From assembly GCA_900548815.1 (NCBI GenBank), contig URLR01000002.1, positions 22,253 through 86,252 of the forward strand: a stretch of DNA of 64,000 bases, given 5' to 3'. The position numbers were made by a program, and so were the translations under genes. Each line of letters begins with the position of its first letter. Position 1 is the stretch's first letter. Origin of the DNA: an uncultured Collinsella sp. (GTDB lineage: Bacteria > Actinomycetota > Coriobacteriia > Coriobacteriales > Coriobacteriaceae). Below the pieces are notes generated by a model. The model was not told the DNA's origin. It was given only the letters and a program-made list of their open reading frames with translations, and ran no database searches. Below, one piece after another: positions 60,958 through 64,000 of this stretch.

Positions 60958-61617
60958 ATGAGTCTCTCCGAACTCTGGTCGCTCTATGGCCAGAACTATA
61001 TCGACGCGCTGCTAGCAACCTGGGGCATGACGCTTGAGTCGTTTGCCATCGCCATGGTACTGGCCGTCGCCGTCACCGTGATGCGCGTGTCGCCGCTCAA
61101 GCCGCTGCGCGTCTTTGGCGACCTGTATGTCCAGGTCTTCCGTAACATCCCCGGCATCGCACTGCTCATCATCGTCGTCTATGCGCTGCCGCCGCTCAAG
61201 GTCGTCCTGCCCTACCGCACCTGCGTTATCGTCGCCACGGTCCTTTTGGGCTCGGCCTTTGGCTCCGAAAACTTTATGAGCGGCATCAACACCGTCGGCG
61301 TCGGCCAGGTGGAAGCCGCCCGCTCGCTGGGCATGAGCTTCAGCCGTATCCTCGCCAAGATCGTGATTCCGCAGGCACTGCGCTCGAGCGTGCTGCCCAT
61401 GACCAACCTCTTTATCGCCGTCATGCTCACCACCGCGCTCGGCAGCCAGGTGCCGCTTAAGCCGCAAGAGCTCACCGGCGTGGTGAGCTACATCAACACG
61501 CGCTCACTTGGCGGCGTCGCCGCGTTCTTTATCTCGGCGCTCGGCTACCTGGGCACGGCCTTTGTGGTGAGCCACATTGGCAACTATATCGATAAGAAGG
61601 TGAGGATCCTCCGATGA
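60958..61617 (+). CDS. Amino acid ABC transporter permease
   Basis: FRNIP, GQVEAARSLG, IPQA. Confidence 0.93.
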   Translation: MSLSELWSLYGQNYIDALLATWGMTLESFAIAMVLAVAVTVMRVSPLKPLRVFGDLYVQVFRNIPGIALLIIVVYALPPLKVVLPYRTCVIVATVLLGSAFGSENFMSGINTVGVGQVEAARSLGMSFSRILAKIVIPQALRSSVLPMTNLFIAVMLTTALGSQVPLKPQELTGVVSYINTRSLGGVAAFFISALGYLGTAFVVSHIGNYIDKKVRILR

Positions 61618-62447
61618 GCAAGCACTCCACCTCTGCGCTCACCATGCGCGATGCGCTCTACGAGGCTCCCGGCCCCAAGATGCGCGCCAAGATTCGCATC
61701 GGCACCGCCATCTCGCTTGTTGCCGTCGCCGCGCTCGTCGTCCTCGTGTTGCAGCGCTTTTATGTGACCGGCCAGCTTTCAGTCCACTATTGGTATTTCT
61801 TTACGCACCTCACTACCTGGAAGTTCTTGCTTGCCGGCTTTGAGGGCACCGTCAAGGTCGCACTCACCGCTGGCGCCATCGCGCTGGTGCTGGGCTTAGC
61901 CCTTATGCTCGGCCGTACCAGCGACATTAAGCCGCTGCAGCTGGTCTGCCGCGTGCTCACCGATTTCTTCCGTGGCGTACCGAGCCTGCTGTTCATCTAC
62001 TTCTTCTTTTTGGTGCTGCCCCAGTACAAGATCGCACTGCCGTCGTTTTGGATGCTCACGCTTCCCGTCGCGCTCGCCGCAGCTGGCGTACTCGCCGAGA
62101 TCTTTCGCGCCGGCGTCAACGCCGTGCCGCGCGGCCAGGTCGAAGCCGCCCAGGCACTCGGTCTCTCCAAGGCTAAAATCACCTTTAAAATCGTGTTGCC
62201 GCAGGCGATTCGGTTTATCATTCCGTCGTTGATTTCGCAGCTCGTGGTCGTAGTCAAAGACACCACCGTGGCCTACGTGGTGAGCTACCCCGACCTCATG
62301 CAAAATGCCCGCGTGCTCATTACCAACTACGACGCACTCGTGTCGGTCTACCTGGTTATCGCGGTCATCTACATCCTCATCAACGTCGCGATCAACAAGG
62401 CCGCTGTCTATGTTTCGCACAAGACCGGCGCGACCATCATCCGCTAG
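61614..62447 (+). CDS. Amino acid ABC transporter permease
   Basis: FFRGVP, AEIFRAG, GQVEAAQALG, LPQA, KDT. Confidence 0.93.
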   Translation: MSKHSTSALTMRDALYEAPGPKMRAKIRIGTAISLVAVAALVVLVLQRFYVTGQLSVHYWYFFTHLTTWKFLLAGFEGTVKVALTAGAIALVLGLALMLGRTSDIKPLQLVCRVLTDFFRGVPSLLFIYFFFLVLPQYKIALPSFWMLTLPVALAAAGVLAEIFRAGVNAVPRGQVEAAQALGLSKAKITFKIVLPQAIRFIIPSLISQLVVVVKDTTVAYVVSYPDLMQNARVLITNYDALVSVYLVIAVIYILINVAINKAAVYVSHKTGATIIR

Positions 62448-62483
62448 CGCTTTACCATTTCGAATCATAAGGAGCCGAGCACC

Positions 62484-63248
<765 letters not shown>

Positions 63249-63299
63249 CCAGACCGCCCACCCGTCCGCCATGCCCATCCAAACTCGAAAGTTACACCT

Positions 63300-64000
63300 A
63301 TGATCGGAACTCGCACTTCATCGTCCTATACCCCGCATGTCGACGTCGATCCCGCCGACCGCCCGCTTATCCTCGTCGCTCCGCGCTGGGAAGAAGCGAA
63401 GCCGTTTTTAAGCGAGACCCTCTCCCCCAACGAGGAAATCGCAAGTGTCTTTGTCGATGCCATCCTTGCCGCTGGCGGCCTGCCGCTGCAGATGTCCATC
63501 ACCGAGGACATTGAGGTCATCCGTCATTACGTCGATATCGCCGACGGCATCGCCATTCCCGGCGGCCCCGATGTCAATCCCAAACGCTGGGGCGATGATC
63601 GACCCTACGATCCCACCCTCTGCTGCGAGATCCGCGATAGCTTTGAGTTTAAGCTGGTCGGCGAGGTGCTCCGCGCCAAAAAGCCGCTCTTTACCACCTG
63701 CCGCGGCACGCAGCTGCTCAACGTCGCCACCGGCGGCACCCTGTGCATGGACGTGCCGAGCCTGGGCGCTCGCGAGGGCCGCACGCAGTGGCGCCACACC
63801 CACGTGCTCAACGACCCAGTGCATCCCGTCGAGGTCGTACCGGGCTCGCTGCTGGAACGCGCGGTTGGCGGGCACAGGCTAATCCAGACCAACTCCGCAC
63901 ACCACTGCTGCGTCGACCGTCTGGGTAAAAGCACGCGCTTGGTCGCCAAAGCAACCGACGGCGTTCCCGAGTGCATCGAAGTCGAAGGCCAGCCGTTCTG
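63300..64000 (+). CDS. Gamma-glutamyl-gamma-aminobutyrate hydrolase family (peptidase C26), 3'-truncated by the window
   Basis: Translated by hand (absent from the ORF track): PGGPDVNP..RDSFE..KPLFTTCRGTQLLNVATGGTL..NSAHH..ATDGVPECIE. Confidence 0.88.
   Translation, partial: MIGTRTSSSYTPHVDVDPADRPLILVAPRWEEAKPFLSETLSPNEEIASVFVDAILAAGGLPLQMSITEDIEVIRHYVDIADGIAIPGGPDVNPKRWGDDRPYDPTLCCEIRDSFEFKLVGEVLRAKKPLFTTCRGTQLLNVATGGTLCMDVPSLGAREGRTQWRHTHVLNDPVHPVEVVPGSLLERAVGGHRLIQTNSAHHCCVDRLGKSTRLVAKATDGVPECIEVEGQPF

Overview
GC-rich actinobacterial chromosomal window, most likely Coriobacteriaceae (Collinsella-like; inferred from gene content and sequence style, not from a search). Most of it is housekeeping and metabolism: tRNA-Pro, ispE, veg, dtd, rdgB, rph (interrupted by an in-frame TAG), murI, HAD, murE, asnB, tRNA-Val, argCJBD with tandem ARG boxes, an FMN riboswitch-controlled ECF riboflavin transporter followed by two PNPOx-like genes, groES/groEL, two divergent amidohydrolases, amaP-DUF2273-asp23, yebC, lgt, nifU, dCMP deaminase, coaX, an OPT transporter, a sortase-anchored coiled-coil/CAP protein, a sulfotransferase gene relic, a TetR plus 1593-aa acyl-CoA dehydratase-activase fusion plus 3-hydroxyacyl-CoA dehydrogenase, amtB-glnK, dxs, an iron-ADH, a polar amino acid ABC transporter and a partial peptidase C26 gene. 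I found no transposase, integrase, cas or phage genes. The unexplained signal is intergenic, where many unrelated palindromic elements occur. The most striking is a ~40-bp-period array of six alternately inverted 15-bp repeats with 25-26 nt spacers (58120-58335). Others are a REP-like hairpin family placed right at stop codons, long perfect hairpins on both sides of groESL, an element between amtB and glnK, and an antisense copy of the tRNA-Val T-arm just downstream of the tRNA.
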